Of a stretch of DNA of 64,000 nt, positions 18,502 to 27,917 are shown piece after piece. Origin of the DNA: an uncultured Eubacteriales bacterium (GTDB lineage: Bacteria > Bacillota > Clostridia > Christensenellales > Aristaeellaceae). The first letter of the stretch is position 1. Each line of letters starts with the position of its first letter. The translations under genes were made by a program, and so were the position numbers. The notes beneath the pieces are model-generated. The model ran no database searches, had not been told where the DNA came from, and saw only the letters and a program-made list of their open reading frames with translations. The stretch is taken from contig URUF01000005.1 of assembly GCA_900550955.1 (NCBI GenBank), positions 116 to 64,115 on the forward strand. The letters are read 5' to 3'.

Positions 18502-19530
18502 TTAGCGCCCCATCAGGCGCTTGCGGCCATCATCCAGGAATTGGCCAAGGTCATGCATGTTTTCCAGCGCGCGGCCGCAGCCCATAACCACGTTGGTTTG
18601 CGGATCCTCGGCGCAGGAGCAGGGAACCTTGAGCGCATCCGCAATGGCTTCGCACAGGCCAAACATTTCCGCGCCGCCGCCTGAAAGCAGAATGCCGTAT
18701 TCAAAGATATCCGCCGCCAATTCCGCCGGCGTGTGCTCAAGCACGCCGTGAATGCTTTCTATGAGCTGCTGCAACGGTTCGTCTATGGCCTCGGTGATAT
18801 CGTCGCTGGTGATTCGCATGGTTTTGGGCAGGCCTGTGATAAGGTTGCGGCCCGTTACCTCCATGTACAGCTGTTCGGAGCGGGGGATAGCGGAGCCGAT
18901 GTTAAGCTTTAGCTCCTCGGCCGTGCGCTCGCCAATCAGCAGGTTATGCTTGCGCCGCAGGTGGCGGATAATCGCGTCGTCAAAGCGGTCGCCGCCGGTT
19001 TTGGCGCAATCGCTTACGATCACCTTGCCGAAGGAAAGCACCGCTATATCGCTTACCCCGGCGCTGATATCCACAATCATGGTGCCATAGGCCTCGTCCA
19101 TGGGCAGGCCCGCGCCTAGGGCGGCGGCCAGGGAACGGTTCAAAAGCTGCGTGCGGCGCATGCCCGCGTCAAACATCGTGGAAATCAACGAGCGCTTTTC
19201 CATCTCGTTAACCGCCGTGGGCAGGGCCAGAATGGCGCGGGGGCGCGCGAACATATGCTTGCCGATAGCCTTGAGCACAAAGCCCTTCAGCATAAAGCTA
19301 ACCAGCTCATAATCTGAAATGGTGGCGTCGCGCAGGGGACGGATTGCCAGGATGTTGCCGGGCGTGCGGCCGATCATGCGCTTGGCTTCCTCGCCAAAGG
19401 CCAGGATATCGCGCGTGTCGCGGTCGATAGCCACAACGGTGGGCTCGCGCAGCACGATGCCCTTGCCCTTCATGTAGATCAGGATTTGCGAGGTGCCAAG
19501 ATCGATCCCGATATCGCTGATGCTTGCCAT
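18502..19530 (-). CDS. mbl: MreB/Mbl-family rod-shape-determining actin homologue
   Basis: DIGIDLGTSQILIY..GIVLREPTVVA..DISAGVSDIAVLS..LSGGGA. Lies directly downstream of spoIIID, like Bacillus mbl. GGAG RBS before the ATG at 19530. Confidence 0.85.
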   Translation of the reverse strand: MASISDIGIDLGTSQILIYMKGKGIVLREPTVVAIDRDTRDILAFGEEAKRMIGRTPGNILAIRPLRDATISDYELVSFMLKGFVLKAIGKHMFARPRAILALPTAVNEMEKRSLISTMFDAGMRRTQLLNRSLAAALGAGLPMDEAYGTMIVDISAGVSDIAVLSFGKVIVSDCAKTGGDRFDDAIIRHLRRKHNLLIGERTAEELKLNIGSAIPRSEQLYMEVTGRNLITGLPKTMRITSDDITEAIDEPLQQLIESIHGVLEHTPAELAADIFEYGILLSGGGAEMFGLCEAIADALKVPCSCAEDPQTNVVMGCGRALENMHDLGQFLDDGRKRLMGR

Positions 19531-19647
19531 TCTGCCATACTCCTTTTCCACTGGTTTAGGGCACAGCAAAATAAGCGCATGCGCCTGTTACAATCATATT
19601 CGCCGAAGGAAAGACAAATCCTGCTTGAGATGGTATAAAGCCCTGCC

Positions 19648-19893
19648 TCAGCCCCGGTATTTGCGCCGCGTGGCCTCGCCCCCGCGCAGGTGACGGACGG
19701 ACTTGTTGTACGCAAGCACGTTTCGCACATGGCGGTACAGCGTTTGGTTCAGCTGCGGCAGGCGTTCGTCCATGTCCTTGTGAACGGAGGATTTGCTCAC
19801 GCCAAAGTGCTTTGCCGCATCGCGCACAGTAGCGCCCGTATCGGCAATGTATTGGCCAATGCGTATGCATCGTTCCTGAATGTGCGGATGCAC
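19648..19893 (-). CDS. spoIIID: Sporulation transcriptional regulator SpoIIID
   Basis: HIQERCIRIGQYIADTGATVRDAAKHFGVSKSSVHKDMDERLP..HLRGGEATRRKY closely parallels Bacillus SpoIIID. GTG start at 19893 lies 8 nt after GGGGAG. Confidence 0.85.
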   Translation of the reverse strand: MHPHIQERCIRIGQYIADTGATVRDAAKHFGVSKSSVHKDMDERLPQLNQTLYRHVRNVLAYNKSVRHLRGGEATRRKYRG

Positions 19894-19973
19894 TGTACCA
19901 TCTCCCCAAAAACATTTGGGAAAGGATATGCGCCCGGCAGGGGTAAATTGCATGGCAAACGCATTGGGGCAGC

Positions 19974-20010
19974 AGAAAGGGGAACCGGCAATTACGCGGT
20001 TCCCCTTTTG
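19974..20010 (-). terminator. Terminator hairpin after ppdK
   Basis: Perfect 10-bp stem aggggaaccg / cggttcccct with a 9-nt loop and a short U-tract on the minus strand. Confidence 0.55.
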
Positions 20011-20025
20011 TACGGTGATGAAACG

Positions 20026-22662
20026 TTACTTGGCAGCCTTGGCCTTGATAGCGGCATGGGCTGCGGCCAGGCGCGCGATCGGCACGCGGAAGGGCGAGCA
20101 GCTCACGTAGTTGAGGCCTACATTGTGGCAGAACTCGATGGTGGACGGATCGCCGCCGTGCTCGCCGCAGATACCCAGCTTGATGTTGGGACGGGTTTCA
20201 CGGCCCAGCTTGGCGGCCATCTTCACCAGCTTGCCTACGCCGTCCTGATCCAGGCGGGCGAAGGGATCGCTTTCAAAGATCTTATTATCGTAGTAAGCGC
20301 CCAGAAACTTGCCGGCGTCGTCACGGCTGAAGCCGAAGGTCATCTGGGTGAGGTCGTTGGTGCCGAAGGAGAAGAATTCGGCCTCCTCGGCGATCTCATC
20401 GGCGGTGACGGCGGCGCGCGGGATTTCAATCATGGTGCCTACATGGTAGTCAAGCTCCATGCCCTGCTCGGCAAAGACCTTCTTGGCGGTTTCCACCACG
20501 ATGGCCTTTACGAACGCCAGCTCCTTCTTGGAGCCAACCAGCGGGATCATGATTTCAGGCACGATGTCGTAGCCGCATTCCTTCTTTACCTTGATGGCGG
20601 CCTGCAATACGGCGCGGGTTTGCATCTCGGCAATTTCAGGATAGGTTACGGCCAGGCGGCAGCCGCGATGGCCCATCATGGGGTTGGACTCGTGCAGGGC
20701 GTTGATCTTGTGGATAACTTCCTCGGTGCTGATGCCAAGGTTCTTTGCCAGGCCCTCGATTTCCTCGGTCATGTCCACATGGGGCACGAACTCATGCAGC
20801 GGGGGATCCAGATAACGCACGGTCATGGGCCGGCCCTCCAAAGCCTTGTACATGGCTTCAAAGTCGCCCTGCTGCATGGGCAGGATCTTCGCCAGCGCCT
20901 TTTCGCGCTGCTCCTTGGTATCGGAAAGGATCATCTCGCGCACAGCCGCGATGCGGTCCGCCTCGAAGAACATGTGCTCGGTACGGCACAGGCCGATGCC
21001 CTCCGCGCCAAAGGCCACAGCCTGCTTGGTGTCGCGCGGATTATCGGCATTGGTGCGCACGGTGAGGGTGCGGGCCTTGTCCGCCCAGCTCATGAAGCGG
21101 GCGAAATCGCCAGAAATCGCAGCCTCTACGGTAGCGATCTGGCCGTCGTATACGTTGCCGGTGGAGCCGTCCAGGGAGATGAAATCGCCCTCGTGATAGG
21201 TTTTGCCGCCAACGGTCAGGGTCTTTTCTTCCTCGTTAATCTTCAGCTCGCCGCAGCCAACCACCGCCGCGCGGCCCATGCCGCGGGCAACAACAGCCGC
21301 GTGGGAGGTCATGCCGCCAAATACGGTCAGAATGCCCTGGGAGAAGTCCATGCCCTCGATATCCTCAGGCGTGGTTTCGCGGCGCACAAGGATGACCTTT
21401 TCCTTATTCTTGCCATGCTCGGCAGCCTCGTCGGCAGTGAAGTAGATACCGCCGGTAGCGGCGCCGGGGGAGGCGGGCAAGCCCTTGGCAATAACGGTGG
21501 CGGCCTTCAGGGCGGCGGCGTCAAAGTTGGGATGCAGCAGGCTATCAAGCTGCTTGGGCTCCACCTTCAAAACGGCCTCTTCCTCGCTCAAAACGCCTTC
21601 GTCCACCAGGTCTACGGCAATCTTCAAAGCGGCGGCGGCGGTGCGCTTGCCGTTACGGGTTTGCAGCATGTACAGCTTGCCGCGCTCGATGGTGTACTCC
21701 ATATCCTGCATATCGCGGTAATGGGCTTCCAGCTTGCCGGCGATATCAATGAACTGCTGGTACACCTCGGGCATCTGCTCCTGCAGGTGGGAGATGGGTT
21801 CGGGCGTGCGGATGCCGGCCACAACATCCTCGCCCTGCGCGTTGAGCAGGTACTCGCCGTAGAGCTTCTTTTCGCCGGTGGAGGGGTTGCGGGTAAAGGC
21901 AACGCCGGTGCCGGAGGTTTCGCCCATATTGCCAAACACCATGCTCTGCACGTTAACGGCGGTGCCCCAGTCGCCGGGGATGTCGTTCATGCGGCGGTAG
22001 TAGATGGCGCGGGGGTTGTCCCAGCTGCGGAACACGGCCTTTACGGCCTCCATCAGCTGCGTGGTGGGATCCTGCGGGAAATCGACGCCCATATGCTTTT
22101 TGTAGATTTCCTTGAAGCGCGCCACGACTTCTTTCAGGTCCCCGGCGGTCAGGTCGCGGTCAAACTTAACGTTCTTCTTCTCCTTGAACTCGTCCAGAAC
22201 GGCTTCAAACTCGCTCTTGGGAATCTCCATAACCACGTCGGAGAACATGGCGATAAAGCGGCGGTAGGCGTCATAGGCGAAGTGCTCGTTGTTCGTGAGC
22301 TTTGCCAGGCCAACAACGGCCTTGTCCGTCAGGCCCAGGTTGAGGATGGTATCCATCATACCCGGCATGGAGGCGCGGGCGCCGGAACGCACGGATACAA
22401 GGAAGGGGTTCTCCTCATCGCCAAACTTTTTGCCGGCAATCTTCTCGGTTTCCTTCATCGCGGCAAGAATCTGATCGACGATATCCTGGCCGATGACCTT
22501 GCCATCCGTGTAGTAGCGGGTGCAGGCCTCGGTAGTAACGGTGAAGCCCTGGGGAACGGGCATGCCAAGGTTGGTCATTTCAGCCAGGTTGGCGCCCTTG
22601 CCGCCAAGCAGCTCGCGCATGTTGGCGTTACCCTCTTTGAACAGGTATACATACTTCGTCAT
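20026..22662 (-). CDS. ppdK: Pyruvate, phosphate dikinase
   Basis: 878 aa. MTKYVYLFKEGNANMRELLGGKGANLAEM, catalytic-His segment GGMTSHAAVVARG, and C-terminal PEP/pyruvate domain (GICGEHGGDP). AGGAGG RBS present. Confidence 0.95.
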   Translation of the reverse strand: MTKYVYLFKEGNANMRELLGGKGANLAEMTNLGMPVPQGFTVTTEACTRYYTDGKVIGQDIVDQILAAMKETEKIAGKKFGDEENPFLVSVRSGARASMPGMMDTILNLGLTDKAVVGLAKLTNNEHFAYDAYRRFIAMFSDVVMEIPKSEFEAVLDEFKEKKNVKFDRDLTAGDLKEVVARFKEIYKKHMGVDFPQDPTTQLMEAVKAVFRSWDNPRAIYYRRMNDIPGDWGTAVNVQSMVFGNMGETSGTGVAFTRNPSTGEKKLYGEYLLNAQGEDVVAGIRTPEPISHLQEQMPEVYQQFIDIAGKLEAHYRDMQDMEYTIERGKLYMLQTRNGKRTAAAALKIAVDLVDEGVLSEEEAVLKVEPKQLDSLLHPNFDAAALKAATVIAKGLPASPGAATGGIYFTADEAAEHGKNKEKVILVRRETTPEDIEGMDFSQGILTVFGGMTSHAAVVARGMGRAAVVGCGELKINEEEKTLTVGGKTYHEGDFISLDGSTGNVYDGQIATVEAAISGDFARFMSWADKARTLTVRTNADNPRDTKQAVAFGAEGIGLCRTEHMFFEADRIAAVREMILSDTKEQREKALAKILPMQQGDFEAMYKALEGRPMTVRYLDPPLHEFVPHVDMTEEIEGLAKNLGISTEEVIHKINALHESNPMMGHRGCRLAVTYPEIAEMQTRAVLQAAIKVKKECGYDIVPEIMIPLVGSKKELAFVKAIVVETAKKVFAEQGMELDYHVGTMIEIPRAAVTADEIAEEAEFFSFGTNDLTQMTFGFSRDDAGKFLGAYYDNKIFESDPFARLDQDGVGKLVKMAAKLGRETRPNIKLGICGEHGGDPSTIEFCHNVGLNYVSCSPFRVPIARLAAAHAAIKAKAAK

Positions 22663-22750
22663 AGGGTCTTTTTTCCTCCTCGTTCATTTGGTGAGGACGA
22701 ATCACCGGCGGAATCCCTCCCCAATGCTCATCCTTCCTCTTAACTGATTT

Positions 22751-22779
22751 AGTATACACGGGAATTGGAAAGATTTCAA
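22751..22779 (-). promoter_or_regulatory. Candidate sigma-A promoter of ppdK
   Basis: On the minus strand: TTGAAA, 17-nt spacer, TATACT, about 90 nt upstream of the ATG. Confidence 0.5.
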
Positions 22780-23019
22780 TATGAAAATCTTTAATTTTGG
22801 AATATCTGGTTTGGAATGGGCATATGCAGGGCAAATTTTGACGCCAAATTTGAAATGTATGGAAACAGCCATGGAGAACGGGCGTTCCTTGTACTGTTTC
22901 CAAACGCATGCAACGCGAGAAAGAACTTGCCAGCTTTGACACAGGAGCGCAGATGCTTTGCGTAAAAACCGCCTTGAAGCGCGAATATACAACTGGAGTG
23001 GTTGGAAGCGGCGGCGTCC

Positions 23020-23048
23020 TTGCGTTTCAAAGACGGCCATGCTATAAT
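23020..23048 (+). promoter_or_regulatory. Candidate sigma-A promoter ending 5 nt before the yfhO ATG
   Basis: TTGCGT, 17-nt spacer, TATAAT (23043-23048). The ORF ATG is at 23054. Confidence 0.45.
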
Positions 23049-23053
23049 CTTCC

Positions 23054-25612
23054 ATGAATGATGCAGCAAATCTGTTGCCGAGAGGAATGAGCATTACGTT
23101 GACGCGAAAAAGGAAGGCGGCATGCCTGGCGGAGGCCTTTTTGCTGCCGGTTTCACTGTTTATAGTGATTATGGCGTTATGCGGCGTTTTTCCTTTTGGG
23201 GATCGTTCGCTGCTTTTGTGGGATGCGGAAGGGCAGTACATAAGCTTTTTGGCTGCTTGGCGGCGGGTGCTTTTGGGCCAGGCGGACCCTTTTTATACGC
23301 TCTCCCGCACGCTGGGAGGCAGCATGGTAGGGCTGGTGTCGTACTATTTGGCGTCGCCTATCAACGTACTGCTGGCGCTATTTCCTGAAACAGAAATGCC
23401 AAATGCCTTCGCATGTATCGTTTTGCTGAAAATAGGGCTGTGCGGCTTAAGCTCTATGGCGTATTTTGGGCTGGGGCGCCAAATGGGCCCCAAGGCGCGG
23501 CTGTTTTCCACAACCTACGTGCTAATGGGCTTTGTGGCCTGCTATTTTTGGGATATTATGTGGCTGGACGGCATTGTACTCCTGCCTTTGATTGCTTGGG
23601 GAATTGAGGATATTGTGAGCCGGAAACAATCGTTTCGCTATCTTATCTCCCTGGCTATGGCGCTATGGAGCAATTACTATATTGGCTACATGCTTTGCTT
23701 GTTTTCGGCGCTATATTTTGTATATGTATGTGCGCTGGAAAAGGGCAGGGTTCGCTTTTGGGCTGCCGCCATGCGTTTTGCAGGCGCTTCTTTGCTGGCG
23801 GGAGGCCTGGCGGCGGTTATGCTGGTTCCGGCATTTTATGCCCTTCGGCAGGGCTATTCCGTGTTCAGTTTGCAAGAGCTTTCAATGGCTCGCCGCTTTC
23901 CCATGATTGAGCTGGCTACAAAGCTCTTTACAGGCGCGGTGGATTATGGCCAGGTGCGCACGAGTGGGCTTCCCGCAATGTATGTGGGCATCCCCGTGCT
24001 GGCGCTGGCGTTCAGCTTTTTTTTGAACAGCGCCATTCCATTGAAGAAACGTGTTTGCGCGGCCGGGTTTGTGCTTATATTTCTGATCAGCTTTCAAAAT
24101 GATGCGCTCTATTCGTTATGGCATGGGTTTGAATCCCCCAACGGCATGCCCGCGCGCTTTTCGTTTATATTTTCTTTTCTGCTGTGTGGATTAGCTGCTT
24201 TTGCATTTCAGAAAATCCATGAGATGGAACGGCACGTCTTTGCAAGAAGAATGGTTGCTTTGGCCGGCGCTTTTTTTGTAGGATGCTGTATTCTTTTTCA
24301 GAGCTTGCCAACGTACTTAGCTTCTGAAACCGTTTGCTTTGATGTGGCGTGCTTTCTGTTATCCTGCGTTCTTATTGTTGCGCTGCGCGCCGCCGGACGC
24401 CGCCGCCGGGCTTTTGCGTTTGCGGGATTATGCGCCTTGCAGGCGGCGTGCCTTGTTGCGAACGGCTATTTTTCCATCCATAGACTGGAAGAAGTGGATG
24501 GCTTCCGAATGAGCGCCTACTGTCAGGAGCTTGCGGAAAAGCAGCCGTTGTTTGAACGCCTTACGCAGGCAGACGGCGTTTACAGAATCGAAACCAATGA
24601 CGCGCGCAATGAAAACGATGCGCTCCAATATGGGTATGCAGGCCTTAGCCATTATAGCTCGGATGTGCAGGAAAATTTGGCGGGTTTTTTCTCAAAAATG
24701 GGGCAGCGCCAGCTGTATATGCGGTTTGATAACGCGAATGGCCTGACCCCTGTGGCGGAGAGCCTGTTGGGCGTGCGTTTCTTGCTGTGGCGGGAGGGGG
24801 CCTCCCTTGCGCAAACGCCATATGCGGGGTACTGGCCGCTGTGGCGGGAAGGGGAGATTGTAGCCTATGAAAACCCCTATGCCTTGCCCATAGCGGTAAT
24901 GGTGCCGGAAAAGCAAACGCAGGATCCCCTTGCCAGCGAGAATCCCTTTATCAACCAGAATGCGCTGCTGTCCGATTGGCTTGGATACGAGGTTAAGGCT
25001 TTGGAATTGGCGGAAATAAAAGAGCAGGCGCGTCAAGGGGATATGCTCCATGTTCGCTTTTCCACTACGGATGACGCGGCGTTTTACTTTCATTCCTCCG
25101 GCACGTGGTTTTCCTTAAATGGCTCCGGCATGGAAAACCATGAACGGTTTGCTGGCTGCGTGATGCTTCCGCAGGCGGAGGCCGAAGTGGAGATGGATAT
25201 TTTTGTGGGAGATACCCAGGAAACATTCTTCCATCTCGCCGTTGTAAACGACGAGGTTTTTGAACAGGCGATGCACACGCTGGCAAAGCATGCCTGCGAG
25301 GTTCGCAGCGAGGCGGATTCTGTTTTCCATCTCAACGCCACGGCGGATGCGGAGCATTCGCAGCTTTTGCTAACGCTTCCATACGACGCGGGCTGGAAGG
25401 TATGGGTGGACGGAGAAGCGCAGGATACGACGATGCGCTATCATACATTGCTGGCGGTAAATCTGCCTGAGGGCAGCCATGAAATAACCCTGCGATTTGT
25501 TCCTTATGGCCTTCAAATGGGCGGAATGATCAGCCTGCTAGCCTTCGTACTTGGAATGGGATGGTGGCTTGTACTGAACAGGAAGGAACGCGCGAGGGTT
25601 AAAAAGGGATAA
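23054..25612 (+). CDS. YfhO-family polytopic membrane protein (GT-C-type glycosyltransferase candidate)
   Basis: 852 aa. The N-terminal two thirds are multi-TM, with the family-typical start (FPFGDRSLLLWDAEGQYISF), followed by a large C-terminal extracytoplasmic domain and a final TM. Visibly lower GC than its neighbours. Confidence 0.7.
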   Translation: MNDAANLLPRGMSITLTRKRKAACLAEAFLLPVSLFIVIMALCGVFPFGDRSLLLWDAEGQYISFLAAWRRVLLGQADPFYTLSRTLGGSMVGLVSYYLASPINVLLALFPETEMPNAFACIVLLKIGLCGLSSMAYFGLGRQMGPKARLFSTTYVLMGFVACYFWDIMWLDGIVLLPLIAWGIEDIVSRKQSFRYLISLAMALWSNYYIGYMLCLFSALYFVYVCALEKGRVRFWAAAMRFAGASLLAGGLAAVMLVPAFYALRQGYSVFSLQELSMARRFPMIELATKLFTGAVDYGQVRTSGLPAMYVGIPVLALAFSFFLNSAIPLKKRVCAAGFVLIFLISFQNDALYSLWHGFESPNGMPARFSFIFSFLLCGLAAFAFQKIHEMERHVFARRMVALAGAFFVGCCILFQSLPTYLASETVCFDVACFLLSCVLIVALRAAGRRRRAFAFAGLCALQAACLVANGYFSIHRLEEVDGFRMSAYCQELAEKQPLFERLTQADGVYRIETNDARNENDALQYGYAGLSHYSSDVQENLAGFFSKMGQRQLYMRFDNANGLTPVAESLLGVRFLLWREGASLAQTPYAGYWPLWREGEIVAYENPYALPIAVMVPEKQTQDPLASENPFINQNALLSDWLGYEVKALELAEIKEQARQGDMLHVRFSTTDDAAFYFHSSGTWFSLNGSGMENHERFAGCVMLPQAEAEVEMDIFVGDTQETFFHLAVVNDEVFEQAMHTLAKHACEVRSEADSVFHLNATADAEHSQLLLTLPYDAGWKVWVDGEAQDTTMRYHTLLAVNLPEGSHEITLRFVPYGLQMGGMISLLAFVLGMGWWLVLNRKERARVKKG

Positions 25613-25674
25613 ATGGGTTTAAAATAAGGGAGAAAGCTTGCTTTTGAAACGGCTTTTGGGAGGCAGGAAATAGA

Positions 25675-26751
25675 TTGGCAATTCCATACAGCCGCACCAT
25701 TATCGGCGGCGTGCCTTGGTACAGCGTGCTGATTGTAGCGGGAATTCTTTTAGCCATTTGCCTTGCGGAGCGTGAGGAAAAAAGGCTAGGTCTGCCCAGG
25801 GATACGGCGATTGACCTGGCGCTTGTTGTAGTGCCGTGCGGAATCATTGGGGCTAGGCTGTATTATGTGGTCATGAGCTGGGAGCTCTTTCGCCGCAACC
25901 CCATTTCCATCCTGTATATTTGGCAGGGGGGCATCGCCATTTATGGCGGGGTGCTTGGCGGAGCGCTTGGGGCGTGGGCATATGCCAGGCGCAAGAAGCT
26001 TTCGTTTCTCCGGCTTGCGGATATCGTAGCGCCGGGGCTGCTGCTGGCGCAAGCCATTGGCCGGTGGGGCAACTATTTTAATATGGAGGCGTATGGGCCC
26101 CAGATCGGCAACCCGCAGTTTCAGTTTTTTCCCATTGGCGTGCTGATTCCCTCCAACGGCGGATACGTATGGCACATGGCTACCTTCTTTTACGAATCGC
26201 TATGGAACCTGGCTGGCTTTTTGGCGCTGTGGCTTATCCGAAAGCGCCAGCGCAGGGCGGGCGGCTTGTTTTGCTGGTATTTGCTTATCTATGGCAGCGG
26301 GCGATTTATCATTGAGCAGCTGCGCGAGGATAGCCTGTATCTGGGAGGCCTGCGCGTATCGCAGTACCTAAGCCTGGCGCTGTGCGCGCTGGCGGCGGGC
26401 GCGCTCCTGCGGTGGGCGAGCCGGGGCGATAAGCGCTGGTTCGCCATTGCGGTTGGCTGCCTGATTGCCTGGCTGGCACGCTGGGCCTGCCTGGAAAGGT
26501 ACGGCTTGTACGCCCTGTTATGGGCCGCGCCGCTGGCAGCCGCGCTGTGGCTGACGCGGCGCGGAGGCGCGCCGGTATGGCTGCTGGGCTTTGCAGCCGC
26601 GCTGGATGGCCTGGGGCTGCTGGCCGCCTGGCTGGGAGGGCCGCTTTCCGCGGGCTTTGCCGCGCACCTGCACACGCTGCTGTGCAGCTTGAGCCTGCCG
26701 GTATATGTAGCCGCGCTGTGCCAAAACGATAGGGAAATGCCGCACGAATGA
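25675..26751 (+). CDS. lgt: Prolipoprotein diacylglyceryl transferase with an extra C-terminal membrane extension
   Basis: WYSVLIVAGIL..GARLYYV..IWQGGIAIYGGVLGG..QAIGRWGNYFNMEAYG..YGSGRFIIEQLRED. TTG start after GGGAGG. Confidence 0.85.
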   Translation: MAIPYSRTIIGGVPWYSVLIVAGILLAICLAEREEKRLGLPRDTAIDLALVVVPCGIIGARLYYVVMSWELFRRNPISILYIWQGGIAIYGGVLGGALGAWAYARRKKLSFLRLADIVAPGLLLAQAIGRWGNYFNMEAYGPQIGNPQFQFFPIGVLIPSNGGYVWHMATFFYESLWNLAGFLALWLIRKRQRRAGGLFCWYLLIYGSGRFIIEQLREDSLYLGGLRVSQYLSLALCALAAGALLRWASRGDKRWFAIAVGCLIAWLARWACLERYGLYALLWAAPLAAALWLTRRGGAPVWLLGFAAALDGLGLLAAWLGGPLSAGFAAHLHTLLCSLSLPVYVAALCQNDREMPHE

Positions 26752-26767
26752 TGGGAGGAGCCAGCGT

Positions 26768-27913
26768 ATGCCGGTAGGAACCTTCAAAAACACGCTATAT
26801 GGGCTTGCCCTGCCGGTGCTGGGCAAGCGCTGCCTGTGGAGCAAGGCCAGCGGAGGCGCGTCCGCTGAAAAGGTTGGCCGGGCGCTTCTGAAAAGGCGCG
26901 CCGTTGGGGCGTGTATCCAGCGCTTTGAAAACGGCCGTTTGACGGAATGCATTACCGCGGGCTATGCGGCGCTGGAGCCCGAAAAGCGCCCTGTAACGCC
27001 GGATACGGTATTCCGCACGGCTTCCATAGCCAAAATGGCGAGCGCGCTGTTGGTGTTCCGGCTGCAAACGCTTGGCAGGCTGCATGTGAAGGAGGATATT
27101 TCCGAGCTGGCGGGGTATGCGATACGCAACCCCTATTATCCGCACGCGCCCATTACGCTGGGCATGCTATTGTCCCATACCTCCAGCATCGTGGATTCGC
27201 CGGCCTATTTTGCGGCCTTTGAGAAGAAAACGCCGCTTGAAGATTTGCTGCGGGATGGCGAAGCGTTTCGCAAAACGCTTCCTGGCGCTGGCTTCTGTTA
27301 CAGCAATTTAGCGGCGGGCATGGTGGCCTGCCTGCTGGAGAGGCGCTTTGGCGTGAGCTTTGAAACGCTTGCGCAGCGGGAGCTGTTTGCGCCGCTTGGC
27401 GTGCGGGCGACGTTTGACCTTTCAACGCTGAACGCTCGGGAAACGGCGGACGCCTATCGCGTGCTGCCTATGGGCCGCGCCTTTGACGCTTCCGCGCGCA
27501 TCCGCGGGGCCGCGCCCCTGTGCGAGCCAGACCCGCAGCGCCACTATCTGCTGGCTTCAGGCGGGCTGTTCCTATCCGCGCCAGAGCTGGCGCGCCTGGC
27601 GGCGGCAGCCGCTGCGGGCGCGGACGGCTTTTTGGATGCGCAAAGCCTGGCGCAAATGCGCGCGCCAATCGCCGGCTGGCCGGATCAGGCCGTGCGCATG
27701 CGGCATGGCATGGGGCTTTTGTGCTTGGAGGACAGCCGCATATGCGGCCGCGCCCTTTGGGGCCATCAGGGCTTTGCCTACGGCGCGGTAAACGGCGTAT
27801 TTTTTGACGAACGGGGCTGCGGCTTTGCCTTGCTCAACAGCGGCTGCAGCGAGCAGCGCATTGGGCATTTGGCCCTGATAAACCGTGATTTGATCGCACA
27901 GTTGATGAACTAA
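26768..27913 (+). CDS. Serine hydrolase of the beta-lactamase/PBP4* (class C-like) family
   Basis: SxxK motif in FRTASIAKMASALL, a downstream YSN motif (CYSNLAAG) and HQGFAYG near the C-terminus. GGGAGGAG RBS present. Confidence 0.7.
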   Translation: MPVGTFKNTLYGLALPVLGKRCLWSKASGGASAEKVGRALLKRRAVGACIQRFENGRLTECITAGYAALEPEKRPVTPDTVFRTASIAKMASALLVFRLQTLGRLHVKEDISELAGYAIRNPYYPHAPITLGMLLSHTSSIVDSPAYFAAFEKKTPLEDLLRDGEAFRKTLPGAGFCYSNLAAGMVACLLERRFGVSFETLAQRELFAPLGVRATFDLSTLNARETADAYRVLPMGRAFDASARIRGAAPLCEPDPQRHYLLASGGLFLSAPELARLAAAAAAGADGFLDAQSLAQMRAPIAGWPDQAVRMRHGMGLLCLEDSRICGRALWGHQGFAYGAVNGVFFDERGCGFALLNSGCSEQRIGHLALINRDLIAQLMN

Positions 27914-27917
27914 CGGG

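Noticed and set aside
18132-18505. Track ORFs 18132-18407 (minus) and 18272-18505 (plus).
   Set aside because: They are Arg/Cys/Gly-rich and lack an RBS. One reads through the udk terminator.
19894-19975. Sigma-E-type promoter upstream of spoIIID (a CATATCCT -10-like element).
   Set aside because: The resemblance to the sigma-E consensus is weak and the -35 is unconvincing. It cannot be supported from sequence alone.
19690-22743. 1017-aa ORF on the plus strand.
   Set aside because: It is exactly antisense to the well-supported ppdK gene. Its composition is dominated by G/A/L/V/H/Q with no motifs and it has no RBS. This is the classic shadow ORF of GC-rich coding DNA.
22781-22939. 52-aa plus-strand ORF (MKIFNFGISGLEWAYAGQIL..) in the ppdK-yfhO spacer.
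   Set aside because: It has only a weak GGAAAG upstream and overlaps the ppdK promoter on the other strand. Its amino-acid composition is unremarkable and it has no supporting features.
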